NCBI GenBank assembly: GCA_035626775.1
Contig: DASPNA010000062.1
Location: 3,480 to 67,479 of the forward strand
From: Thermoanaerobaculia bacterium
GTDB taxonomy: Bacteria > Acidobacteriota > Thermoanaerobaculia > Gp7-AA8
Length of the DNA stretch: 64,000 nucleotides
Direction of reading: 5' to 3'
The first letter of the stretch is position 1. The number at the start of each line of letters is the position of its first letter. The position numbers and the translations under genes were made by a program. Below, one piece after another: positions 20,265 through 28,780 of the stretch. The notes beneath the pieces are model-generated. The model saw only the letters and a list, made by a program, of their open reading frames with translations. It made no database searches and was not told where the DNA came from.

Positions 20265-22490
20265 TTACTTCATCAGGTTGAGCAGCTCGTCGAGATGCAC
20301 GGCCTTGATCTTCACGTTCGTCAACAAACTGTCCGTGAACACCGGCGTCGCGTAGCCGTGAGCTACGCGCGCCTGCGACAGCGCAGCGCGAAGCTCGTAA
20401 ACGTCCTGCGCCAACACGAATCCGGTCAACGTGCCGGTGAACGAATACGGCGAAAGATTCGCGGCCGCGCGCAGTGCATTCACGCGCGTTCGCAGCCGCG
20501 TAAAGTCGGCCGCGAGAACGGGCATCCCCGCCGTGATCGTCGACGATTCGTGACTCGTCGTCGTCGCCAGATCGATCGCGCTGTACGGCGAGTAATTCGG
20601 CGCTCCGTCGGCGGCGCGCACTCTATAAACGTACGTCGTTTCCGGCGTACGCTCAGTATCTTCGAATGATGGAGCGAATGCCGAACCGGCCACGCTCCAG
20701 GTTCCGTCGGGCGCGCGGCGCGAGATTTCGTACTGCGTCGCGCCTTCAACGGCGCTCCAGGACATTGCGACCGACGTCGTGCTCGTGGCGGTAGCGACGA
20801 ACTGTTGCGGCGTCGTGAGCTCGTACGTGAACTGCTTCGGCGCCGTCATCGGATCTTGGCCCGGCACCGACACCACGACATTCACCAATCCGCTCGCGTG
20901 CAGCGGCGACACCGCAGTCATCTGTGTCGGACTGACGACGGTGCTGCTGGCGGTGATTCCATCGAACGTCACCGTCGCGCCAGGCACGAATCCGCTGCCG
21001 TAGATGGTCACGTTCGTGCCGCCCGCCGGAATGCCGCTGAGCGGCGTCATCGACGTGATGCGATCCGCTTCGCTCAACTCGTACACGTCGCCGAGGCCAT
21101 TGCTGCTGTAGAAGAGGTACGTCTTGCCGCCCTGCTCGACGATGCGCAAATCGAGCAGAAACTGGGCGAATAGGCCCGCTTGCGCATAGCCGCTGGGCGC
21201 GAAGTAGTAGTACTTCTGGAAAAATCCGCCGGTGTCGAGCAACTGCGGCACGCCGGCGGCGATCTTCAGCAGCCGAAGGTCCGTCGCCTGAGTTGCGTTT
21301 GCCGGACTTGCCGTGCGGCCGCCAACCGCGATGTAGCCCGCGCCGGCATGCATCACTCGCGGCGAGAATGCCGAGCCATACACGTCATACGTCGTCGTCG
21401 TATAGCCGCTCTCCGAGGGCGTCAGCTTCCACAGCAGGTTCGTCGTGCTGGCGATCGTTGATTCCGTGAACCACAGGTTGCCGTCATCGTCGAACGAGAG
21501 GCCGTTGAAGAACTTTCCGGACGTTGGAGCCACGGTGGCCAGCGGCGCCGCATCCGCGATCAGGTCGGCAACGGTATAGATCCGGATCTCGCCCTGCAAC
21601 GTTTGCAATGCGATGCGGCCGCTGGTCTCGTACTTCGACCACCGCATGAACACCTTGCTGTTGCCGGTGCGGGTTGCGACATGCGCCGGAGTGGCAGGCG
21701 TGGTGACGTCGTATAGCTTCGATTGCGAGCTCATGTCGGACGTGAAGACGTAATACGAGTCGCCGTTTCGCAGCGATACCAGCAATCGTTCCTGAACGTT
21801 CGTGTTCGGTACATGGACGACCGACGGCAACTGCGCGCCGGTCGCATCACCCTGGTCGGAGATGATTCCCCAGCCGAAGTCAAAGGTGGCGAGGTAGAGA
21901 TAGCCGCGATCGTCGACGTCGATATCACCCACGACTGAATTGCTGTCGTGGAGGGGCGTGTCCCAACCCGAACCAGTCGACTGCGCGTGAAAGTAACGGT
22001 CGGGCTTCGCGAGCTTCTCGAATGGGTTCCGGCCGCCGTAAATCGATCCCGTCGGAATCGTGTTCACGGGAATCATCGCCTCTTTCAGCTTGGTGCTGAA
22101 GAATGTATCCAGCGTGAACGCGCCGACCATCGAACCGAGTTGGAGGTAGATCCGGTTCCGCGACGCAGGCGCGACGCGCACGATCCCTGTGCGAACGGTA
22201 ATCATGCCCCGCGAATCGGTCTGCGTGTTCGACGAATCCACATACCGTCCCGCGTGCAGCGCGATCGGCGTTTCATACGGAAGCGTCGGCTTGTCCGCGT
22301 TCGGCTCGCCGGCGCCGTTGTTCCCCGGACAGCCCGTGCAGATCACCGGCGGATCGGGCACCGCGCCCGGCATCGGATGGTTTTGCGCCGCCGCGGAAAA
22401 TGCGCACGCGAGCAGCACGGACACAACGGCAGACTTCGGCAACCAGTGCATGGGGACCTTGAGAGCGGATTTGGACTGCCTGCGATTCAC
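20265..22490 (-). CDS. Secreted 741-aa protein: N-terminal beta-propeller-like region, IPT/TIG domain, FN3 domain, C-terminal helical region
   Basis: Signal-like N-terminus (alternative start at MHWLPKSAVVSVLLACAFSAAAQ). IPT motif PLSGIPAGGTNVTIYGSGFVPGATVTFDG. FN3 motif SWSAVEGATQYEISRR...TTYVYRVRA. Propeller-like YY/WG-rich N-terminal region. Confidence 0.7.
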   Translation of the reverse strand: MNRRQSKSALKVPMHWLPKSAVVSVLLACAFSAAAQNHPMPGAVPDPPVICTGCPGNNGAGEPNADKPTLPYETPIALHAGRYVDSSNTQTDSRGMITVRTGIVRVAPASRNRIYLQLGSMVGAFTLDTFFSTKLKEAMIPVNTIPTGSIYGGRNPFEKLAKPDRYFHAQSTGSGWDTPLHDSNSVVGDIDVDDRGYLYLATFDFGWGIISDQGDATGAQLPSVVHVPNTNVQERLLVSLRNGDSYYVFTSDMSSQSKLYDVTTPATPAHVATRTGNSKVFMRWSKYETSGRIALQTLQGEIRIYTVADLIADAAPLATVAPTSGKFFNGLSFDDDGNLWFTESTIASTTNLLWKLTPSESGYTTTTYDVYGSAFSPRVMHAGAGYIAVGGRTASPANATQATDLRLLKIAAGVPQLLDTGGFFQKYYYFAPSGYAQAGLFAQFLLDLRIVEQGGKTYLFYSSNGLGDVYELSEADRITSMTPLSGIPAGGTNVTIYGSGFVPGATVTFDGITASSTVVSPTQMTAVSPLHASGLVNVVVSVPGQDPMTAPKQFTYELTTPQQFVATATSTTSVAMSWSAVEGATQYEISRRAPDGTWSVAGSAFAPSFEDTERTPETTYVYRVRAADGAPNYSPYSAIDLATTTSHESSTITAGMPVLAADFTRLRTRVNALRAAANLSPYSFTGTLTGFVLAQDVYELRAALSQARVAHGYATPVFTDSLLTNVKIKAVHLDELLNLMK

Positions 22491-22523
22491 GCCTGCAAGG
22501 CGCGCAAACGCAACCGAATTCCT

Positions 22524-22580
22524 TTGGAGTGCGGCGCAAAGCCGCCGCTTTGAAGCGGCAGCTTTGCTGCCGCACTCCGG
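22524..22580. repeat. REP-like palindromic element, family 3 (GGAGTGCGGC...GCCGCACTCC)
   Basis: tttggagtgcggcgcaaagccgccgctttgaagcggcagctttgctgccgcactccggag. Sits downstream of the regulator gene and upstream of the 741-aa gene. Confidence 0.55.
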
Positions 22581-22582
22581 AG

Positions 22583-22942
22583 TTACGCGCCCCGCGCGGC
22601 CTTGATCAGCGCTTCCATGTGCTGGAGGTATTTCTCCAGGGCGCGCCGTCCCGAAGCGGTCAGCGAGTACTCGGTCTTCGGAATCCGCCCCTCGAACGAC
22701 TTCTTACAGGCCAGATATCCGGCTTCTTCGAGCTTCCTTGTGTGCACGCTCACATTGCCGTCGGTGGTCTTGAGGATAGCCTTCATCTCGTTGAAGGTGA
22801 CCGAGGGGTTGACGGCGAGCGCGCTCACGATCGCCAGCCGCGTTTTTTCGTGGATCAGTCTGTCGAAGTCGGGGATTTTCGTCTCGACGACCGGCTCGCG
22901 GCGCGGCATCGGAGCTTCGGATTTTCTTGCTGCCCTGGCCAT
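22583..22942 (-). CDS. Winged-helix transcriptional regulator (HTH_34/ArsR-PadR-like wHTH)
   Basis: HEKTRLAIVSALAVNPSVTFNEMKAILKTTDGNVSVHTRKLEEAGYLACKKSFEGRIPKTEYSLTASGRRALEKYLQHM matches the winged-helix pattern L..H.kkLEeAGY....k...gr.p.T.Y.LT..Gr. Lies 19 bp downstream of the membrane-protein gene (operon). Confidence 0.65.
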   Translation of the reverse strand: MARAARKSEAPMPRREPVVETKIPDFDRLIHEKTRLAIVSALAVNPSVTFNEMKAILKTTDGNVSVHTRKLEEAGYLACKKSFEGRIPKTEYSLTASGRRALEKYLQHMEALIKAARGA

Positions 22943-22961
22943 CGTTCAAAATCCTCCTGTG

Positions 22962-23555
22962 TCAGCCGCCATGATTTCTTGCGATCGTCCAGCCGAACAC
23001 GATGTGCAGGCCGCCGAAGCCGGCGCCGAGCAGCGCGTTGGCGACCGGAAACGGGACCAAACATGCCGCGATGCCGAGGAGCATGAAGCAAACGCCCATG
23101 ACCGGGACGACCGGGATCGAGTACGCGCCGCTGCTGATGAACGACGCGCCGTAGAGCAGCAGCCACGTCGCCGGCAACGCCGTCAGCATGCCGCTTTTCG
23201 CGAGAAAGAACGTCAGCACTGCGGCCGCGACGATCGGCGCGAAGTAGCTGATGAAGAACCGCCGCGCCGGCGTTCCGCGGAACGACACATTCGACCGCGA
23301 AGCCTTGATGTACATCGTCGCGCCGGCGATGAGCGCCGCGAGGATCGCCTCCGCGAGCCAGATCAGCAGCCACTGCCGCGAGAGGCCCGCGCGTCCCGCG
23401 AGCACCGACGCGACCAGCGCCGTGACCCCCACACCCACGCCGCCCCATCCGGGGATCGACGTGAACGCGCTGGCGCGCTCCATCGCCTCGCGGATGTAGC
23501 GGAGGTTATTGAGGGCGTGATCGCGGATCGGGGCGGGCTCGGTCATCGGCCACAT
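22962..23555 (-). CDS. Small polytopic membrane protein (197 aa, about 5-6 TM helices), co-operonic with wHTH regulator
   Basis: C-terminal part of ORF 22962..25322 from MWPMTEP. Hydrophobic segments GWGGVGVGVTALVASVLAG, WLLIWLAEAILAALIAGATMYI, FFISYFAPIVAAAVLTFFLA, WLLLYGASFISSGAYSIPVVPVMGVCFMLLGIAACLV. The upstream 590 codons of the ORF are Arg-rich shadow of giant gene 3. Confidence 0.6.
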   Translation of the reverse strand: MWPMTEPAPIRDHALNNLRYIREAMERASAFTSIPGWGGVGVGVTALVASVLAGRAGLSRQWLLIWLAEAILAALIAGATMYIKASRSNVSFRGTPARRFFISYFAPIVAAAVLTFFLAKSGMLTALPATWLLLYGASFISSGAYSIPVVPVMGVCFMLLGIAACLVPFPVANALLGAGFGGLHIVFGWTIARNHGG

Positions 23556-23627
23556 GGTAACGCAAAGCGCTTTGTTCGGGACATCGCGTACAATAACTGT
23601 CCCAGGTTCGTCGGGTCCGGAGGATTC
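23556..23627. promoter_or_regulatory. 72-bp divergent promoter/operator region between membrane-protein/regulator operon and giant gene 3
   Basis: Perfect 12-bp palindrome CAAAGCGCTTTG (23563-23574). Second inverted repeat GGGACA-N14-TGTCCC (23578-23603) enclosing TACAAT (23589-23594). Confidence 0.45.
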
Positions 23628-26600
23628 ATGCGTCACGTAGTGTCTCTTGCAGTGGTGTTGTGTCTGGCCGTCGGGTCGATTTCCGCGGCCACATTCGAGA
23701 CCGTCACGGATGCCGCTCTCGTCGAGCGCTCCGAACTGGTCGTGGCCGGACGCGTGCTCGATGCCGCTTCGAGGCAGCTCGAGAACGGCTCGATCGTCAC
23801 CGACTACCGCCTCGCGGTCGACGACGTGCTGAAGGGCGCAGGCGCCGCTTCGATCGTCACGATCACGGAGTTCGGCGGCACGGCCGCGAGCGGCCTGATG
23901 CTGATCATCCCCGGCTCCGCGCGCTACACGCCCGGCAGCCGCGTGGTCGCATTCCTGAACGCGCGCAACGACGGCACGTACTTCACGTCGCACATGGCTC
24001 TCGGCCACTTCAAGTTCGAAGCGCGCCGCGACTTCGAGGTGCTGACGCGCGATGCGGATGGCGTCGAGCTCGAGAACGAAGCGCAGGCGCTGCGTCCGCG
24101 CACGGCCGCCGCGTTCGTGCGGTACGTTCGCGACGCGGCGAGCGGCATCGCGGTCGAGGCCTACGCGCCGAGCGTCGAGCCGGTAGGCGCAGATGACCCG
24201 CGCAAGACGCCGAAAGTCGACGCCGGTGCGGATTACGCGCTGAAGAACGGTTCTACGCCGCTCCGCTGGGAAGGCTGCGAAGCAGACTGCGTCATCGGTT
24301 ACTTCTGGAGCGGCGATCAAGGCGGCGTCGTCAACGACGCGGGCAGCATCGAAGCGGCGATGGACGCCTGGAACAGCCATGGCGACTCGTTCGTCAACCT
24401 CGGCCTCGGCGGTACGTCGTTGGCCACGAACCTCACCGTCTTCGATAACGAGAACACGATTCTCATCAACAACACCTCGTCGCCAGACTTCGGCCTCTGC
24501 AACGGCACGATCGCGTGCGGCGGTGTCTGGGGCAACACCAGCACGACGCACGTCTTCAAAGGCACCACCTATCTCTCCGTGCTCAACGGCGACATGCTCG
24601 TGCGCCCCGGCACCTACTCGAGCACGCAGTTCGAATCGATCGTCGCGCACGAGCTCGGACACACGCTCAGCCTGCGTCACTCGAACAGCGGAACCCCGTC
24701 CAGCACCAATGCGCTGATGAATTCCTCGCCGCCGCTCAGCGGCGCCGTGTTGCGCCAGTGGGACATGGACGCGATGGCGGAGCTCTACGGCGAAGGCCTC
24801 GCGTGCGCTCCGCCGACGAACCTCATCACCACCGGCGCCGGCACGATTTTCAGCGGCCAGACCAGAACGCTGACCGTCAGCGCCAGCGGCACCGCTCCGT
24901 TCAGCTATCAGTGGTATCGCGGCAACTCCGGCGACGACGACAATCCGGTCGGCACGAACTCCAGCCAGTTCACCACGCCGCCGCTCACCGAGACCACCTC
25001 GTATTGGGTGAAAGTCAGCGGCTGCACACCCGCGGTCAGCGCGAACAGCAACACGGTCACCGTCACCGTCGACGAGTGCCCGGAGCCGGGCATCACCTCG
25101 CAGCCGCAGAACAAGAACATCGCCACCAACACCTCCACGACGCTCAGCGTCGCGGCCCAGGGCGGCGCGCCGTTCAGCTATCAGTGGTACCGCGGCGAAC
25201 AGGGCGACATCACCAACCCCGTCGGCACCAACTCCCCGAACTTCAACACCGGCAACCTGACGCAGACGACCTCGTACTGGGTAAAAGTCACGAACGTGTG
25301 CGGCCTGCACGCGATCAGCCAAACTGCCACGGTCACCATCCAGGCGTGCCCGCGGCCGGCATTCACGACGCAGCCGCTCAGCCAGAACATCGCGTCGAAC
25401 ACCACCGCCACGCTGACCGTCGCGACGACGAGCAACACCACCGTTGCCTATCAGTGGTTCCGCGGACTCGTTGGCGATACGTCGAATCCGGTCGGCATCA
25501 ACTCGACGAGCTTCACCACGCCGGCGCTCACGCAGACCACGTCGTACTGGGTGCGCGCGACGAACAACTGCGGCCCGACCAATAGCGCACAGGCCACGAT
25601 CACCGTCGGTCCCACGTGCAATACGCTTTCGATCGCCTCCATCCCCTCCACCGTCAACGCCACCCTCGGTGACGGCCTCACGATCAACGTCACCCCCTTC
25701 GGCACCGCGCCGTTCACGTATCAGTGGTTCGCCGGCGAATCGGCGGACGATGCGAATCCGGTCGCGGGCGCCACGAGCTCATCGCTGCCGCTGGCGCCGT
25801 TCACCGCCACCGGCACGTTCCGCTACTGGGTTCGCGTCGGCGACGCCTGCGGCAACACGCTGAACAGCCCGACCGTCGTCATCAACGTGGCATGCGGATC
25901 GCCGACCACGCCGATCATCTCGGCGCCGTCGATCTCGCACTTCAGCGCCGGCTATGACGTGCAGTGGCTCGCGAACCTCGCACAGACGTCGAACTTCGAG
26001 CTGCAGGAAGCGCGCGACGCCGCGTTCACCGTCGGTGTGAAGACGTTCCTCGTCGACGAGTTGAGCGAGCACATCGATCCGCATCTCGAGATCACGACCG
26101 ACACGCGCTTCTACTATCGCGTCCGCGGCATCGGCAACTGCACGCAGCAGCCGACACCGTATTCGAAGACCACCAGCACCGTCATCACCGCGCCCGAGCC
26201 GGCGAACAGCAGCGAGTTCTCGATCAGCGTGCCGCAGAGCACGACACAGACGTTCACGCAGCCGTACCTCGTGCCCGGCTTCGGGGAGATCGCGACCGCG
26301 GGCGACACCTTCTCGATCGTCACCGACGCGGCGTGGCTGACCGTCTTCCCGGCGTCCGGCGCGCTGTCCGCGGGCGGCACGACCGTGCAGTTCACGATCA
26401 ATCCGTCGCTCCTCGAGATCGGCTCGACCACCGGCTCCATCGTCGTGACGCGCACGCAGGGCACCGCGGCACGAGGCGGCATCGTCACGAACGCGACCAG
26501 CAAATTGACGCTGCCGATTACGATCAGCAAAGTCACGCCGGTCACGCCTTCACCGCGCGACGGAAATGCGCCGCTCGGCACGCTCGTCGTTCCCGCCATC

Positions 26601-28049
26601 GCGCATGCGGCCGGCATCGGCACGCGCTTCCAGTCGGACGTCCGCATCGTCAACGCGTCGGGTGAGCCGGTCTCCTACGAGCTGTCGTTCACGCCGTCGC
26701 TCACGAACGGCACCGAGACCGGCAAGCAGTTGCCGCTGACGATTGACGCGAACGGCACGGTTGGCCTCGACGACGTCGTGAAGGCATGGTTCGGCGCCGG
26801 TCTGCTCAACGAAGGCGGACTGGGCACGCTCGAGATCCGGCCGCTCGACGGCGCGAATCCACAGGCCACGTTCGCCTCCAGCCGCACGTACGCGATCGAC
26901 ACCACCAGCATCACCGCGAATGCCGACTGCACCATCCTCCGCTGCACGCTCGGGCAGTTCATCCCGGCGCTCGGACTCGAGAAGTTCGTCAGCAACATCG
27001 GCAGCGATCCGCTCGCCACGATCAGCATGCAGCAGCTCTCGAACAGCCTCGACTCGAGCGGCTTCCGCACGAACCTCGGCTTCGTCGAAGGCTCGGGCAA
27101 CGCCGCGAAGATGCTGCTCACGCTGCGCGACGGCGCGAACAACATCCTCCGGCAGGTCGAGCGCGACATCGCGCCGTACGGCCACGAGCAGACTTCGCTT
27201 TCCGCGGTGTTCGGCGCGCAGGCGCTGAGCGACGGCCGCGTCGAAGTGCAGGTCATCTCGCCGGGCGGCAAGGTCTCCGCGTACGCGTCCGTCGTCGACA
27301 ACTCCACGAGCGATCCGCTGCTCGTCTTCCCGGTGCAGGCCGCGCGCATCTCGGCGCAGCATTACGTGCTGCCGGGCGTGGCCGAGCTCAACAACGGTCC
27401 GTCGTCGAACTTCCACACCGACATCCGCGTCTACAACGCCGGCGCCACGGCGGTGACCGCGACCCTGAACTACTTCCCGCAGGCCGGCGACAGCACGCCC
27501 CGTCCGCCGACGGTGGAATTGCTGATGCAGCCGGGCGAAGTCAAGGCGATCAACAACATCCTGCCGGAGCTGTGGCAGCTCAGCGGCACCGGCGGCGCGC
27601 TCGCGATCGATGCACCGAGCGCGGCTTCGCTCGTCGTCACCGGACGTACGTACAGCCGCGACAGCGACGGCGGCACCTACGGCCAGTTCATCCCCGGCGT
27701 CACCGCCGCCGACGGCGTCGGCGTCGGCGAGCGCGCCCTCGAAGTGCTGCAGCTCGAGCAGTCGGATCAGTACCGCACCAACCTCGGTCTCGTCGAGGTC
27801 ACGGGCAATCCCGTCAACGTCGAGATCGTCGCTCAGACCGCCGGCAAGATCACCGCGCGTACGGAGTTGGGGTTGAGCGGCAACGAGTTCCGCCAGCTCG
27901 GCCTCATCTTCAGGCAGCTCGGCTTCACCGATGCGGCGTACACAGGCCGCGTGAGCGTGAAGGTCCTCAGCGGCAACGGCAGGATCGCCGCGTACGGCTC
28001 GGTCGTCGACAACAAGACCATCGATCCGACGTACGTGCCCGCGCAGTAG
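23628..28049 (+). CDS. Giant secreted protein 3 (1473 aa): signal peptide, metzincin-like zinc protease domain, 5 Ig-like repeats, FN3-like domain, shared C-terminal tandem module
   Basis: Start ATG 23628 in frame with ORF 22602..28049 (MRHVVSLAVVLCLAVGSISAATFE). HELGHTLSLRHS plus NALMNSS Met-turn-like motif. Five repeats ...APFSYQWYRG..GD..NPVG.NS..F.T..LT.TTSYWV.V.N.CG. Ends DPTYVPAQ. Confidence 0.85.
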   Translation: MRHVVSLAVVLCLAVGSISAATFETVTDAALVERSELVVAGRVLDAASRQLENGSIVTDYRLAVDDVLKGAGAASIVTITEFGGTAASGLMLIIPGSARYTPGSRVVAFLNARNDGTYFTSHMALGHFKFEARRDFEVLTRDADGVELENEAQALRPRTAAAFVRYVRDAASGIAVEAYAPSVEPVGADDPRKTPKVDAGADYALKNGSTPLRWEGCEADCVIGYFWSGDQGGVVNDAGSIEAAMDAWNSHGDSFVNLGLGGTSLATNLTVFDNENTILINNTSSPDFGLCNGTIACGGVWGNTSTTHVFKGTTYLSVLNGDMLVRPGTYSSTQFESIVAHELGHTLSLRHSNSGTPSSTNALMNSSPPLSGAVLRQWDMDAMAELYGEGLACAPPTNLITTGAGTIFSGQTRTLTVSASGTAPFSYQWYRGNSGDDDNPVGTNSSQFTTPPLTETTSYWVKVSGCTPAVSANSNTVTVTVDECPEPGITSQPQNKNIATNTSTTLSVAAQGGAPFSYQWYRGEQGDITNPVGTNSPNFNTGNLTQTTSYWVKVTNVCGLHAISQTATVTIQACPRPAFTTQPLSQNIASNTTATLTVATTSNTTVAYQWFRGLVGDTSNPVGINSTSFTTPALTQTTSYWVRATNNCGPTNSAQATITVGPTCNTLSIASIPSTVNATLGDGLTINVTPFGTAPFTYQWFAGESADDANPVAGATSSSLPLAPFTATGTFRYWVRVGDACGNTLNSPTVVINVACGSPTTPIISAPSISHFSAGYDVQWLANLAQTSNFELQEARDAAFTVGVKTFLVDELSEHIDPHLEITTDTRFYYRVRGIGNCTQQPTPYSKTTSTVITAPEPANSSEFSISVPQSTTQTFTQPYLVPGFGEIATAGDTFSIVTDAAWLTVFPASGALSAGGTTVQFTINPSLLEIGSTTGSIVVTRTQGTAARGGIVTNATSKLTLPITISKVTPVTPSPRDGNAPLGTLVVPAIAHAAGIGTRFQSDVRIVNASGEPVSYELSFTPSLTNGTETGKQLPLTIDANGTVGLDDVVKAWFGAGLLNEGGLGTLEIRPLDGANPQATFASSRTYAIDTTSITANADCTILRCTLGQFIPALGLEKFVSNIGSDPLATISMQQLSNSLDSSGFRTNLGFVEGSGNAAKMLLTLRDGANNILRQVERDIAPYGHEQTSLSAVFGAQALSDGRVEVQVISPGGKVSAYASVVDNSTSDPLLVFPVQAARISAQHYVLPGVAELNNGPSSNFHTDIRVYNAGATAVTATLNYFPQAGDSTPRPPTVELLMQPGEVKAINNILPELWQLSGTGGALAIDAPSAASLVVTGRTYSRDSDGGTYGQFIPGVTAADGVGVGERALEVLQLEQSDQYRTNLGLVEVTGNPVNVEIVAQTAGKITARTELGLSGNEFRQLGLIFRQLGFTDAAYTGRVSVKVLSGNGRIAAYGSVVDNKTIDPTYVPAQ

Positions 28050-28051
28050 AC

Positions 28052-28140
28052 AGTTCCCCGGAGTACCTCGGGTTCCTCGGAGGGGTTTTAACCCCCCGAG
28101 GAACCCCGAGGAACCGAGGAACCCGAGGAACCAGCGGCCG
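28052..28140. repeat. REP-like hairpin with arms made of tandem CCTCGG(A/G)(G/T)TAC-type 10-bp units, family 1; between convergent genes
   Basis: ccggagtacctcgggttcctcggagggg-tttta-accccccgaggaaccccgaggaaccgaggaacccgaggaacc followed by (GCNGCC)n. Overlaps the 3' end of the pgl ORF. Confidence 0.6.
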
Positions 28141-28780
28141 CGGCCGCAGCCGCAGCGGCAGCCGCGTCCACGAACCACCACGAATCCAATCCACTCGTCG
28201 CAACGGCGACCGGATGCTGTACACCCTCCCGCACTTCGCGAATCACCTTCGCTTTTCCCGCACCCGTCGCTAACACGAGTCGCTGTTTGGCCGCGCGAAG
28301 CACCGGCATGGTCAGCGTCACGCGCCACTGATCGAGTCGCGGAACGAACACTTCACTCGCGATGCGATCGTGTACGTCGAGCACCGGCGTCCCGGGAAAG
28401 AGCGACGCGGTGTGACCGTCGTCGCCGCATCCGAGCAGAACGAGATCGAGGTCGCCCGGCCACTCTTGCTCGAACGCACGCGCCGTCGCGGCGGGATCAT
28501 TCAGCTCCGTCTTGAATCGCAGCCATCGCTCCGGCACGCCACGCGCGAACAATGTTCGCTCGATCATCGCGGCGTTCGATTGGGGATCGTCCATCGGCAC
28601 GTAGCGCTCGTCGACGAGCACCCACGTCACATCGCTCGGCAGCGACTTCGACAAAATCTCGTACAGCCGCGTCGGCGTGGAACCGCCCGTCACGCCGATC
28701 GTTTTCGCGTTCGATTGCAGGATGGTTCGCGCCGCCGCCTGCGCGAGCGATTCCGCGTCATCGAAGACGCGCAGATTCAC
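28088..28780 (-). CDS. pgl: 6-phosphogluconolactonase
   Basis: GVTGGSTPTRLYEIL, LVDERYVP, LVLLGCGDDGHTASLFPG motifs. GTG start. C-terminal 27 aa (VDAAAAAAAAAAAGSSGSSVPRGSSGG) are encoded by the family-1 repeat element. Confidence 0.8.
   Translation of the reverse strand: MNLRVFDDAESLAQAAARTILQSNAKTIGVTGGSTPTRLYEILSKSLPSDVTWVLVDERYVPMDDPQSNAAMIERTLFARGVPERWLRFKTELNDPAATARAFEQEWPGDLDLVLLGCGDDGHTASLFPGTPVLDVHDRIASEVFVPRLDQWRVTLTMPVLRAAKQRLVLATGAGKAKVIREVREGVQHPVAVATSGLDSWWFVDAAAAAAAAAAAGSSGSSVPRGSSGG

Noticed and set aside
22602-25322. ORF-track start 22602 for giant gene 3 and 786-aa minus ORF 22962..25322
   Set aside because: The + ORF upstream of 23628 has no signal peptide and overlaps two minus-strand genes with good motifs. 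The first Met giving a signal peptide is 23628. The minus ORF beyond 23555 is Arg-rich shadow of gene 3; only its last 197 codons (membrane protein) are retained.
1865-28328. Long antisense/out-of-frame ORFs inside the three giant genes (e.g. 1865..3895-, 3941..5053-, 7019..9262-, 11249..13669+, 13413..16178-, 13760..15946+, 17943..20258-, 24515..25585+, 26550..28328-)
   Set aside because: Extremely Arg/Gly/Asp/His-rich translations with no motifs. They are the expected shadow ORFs of GC-rich genes whose sense frames have clear domain architecture.
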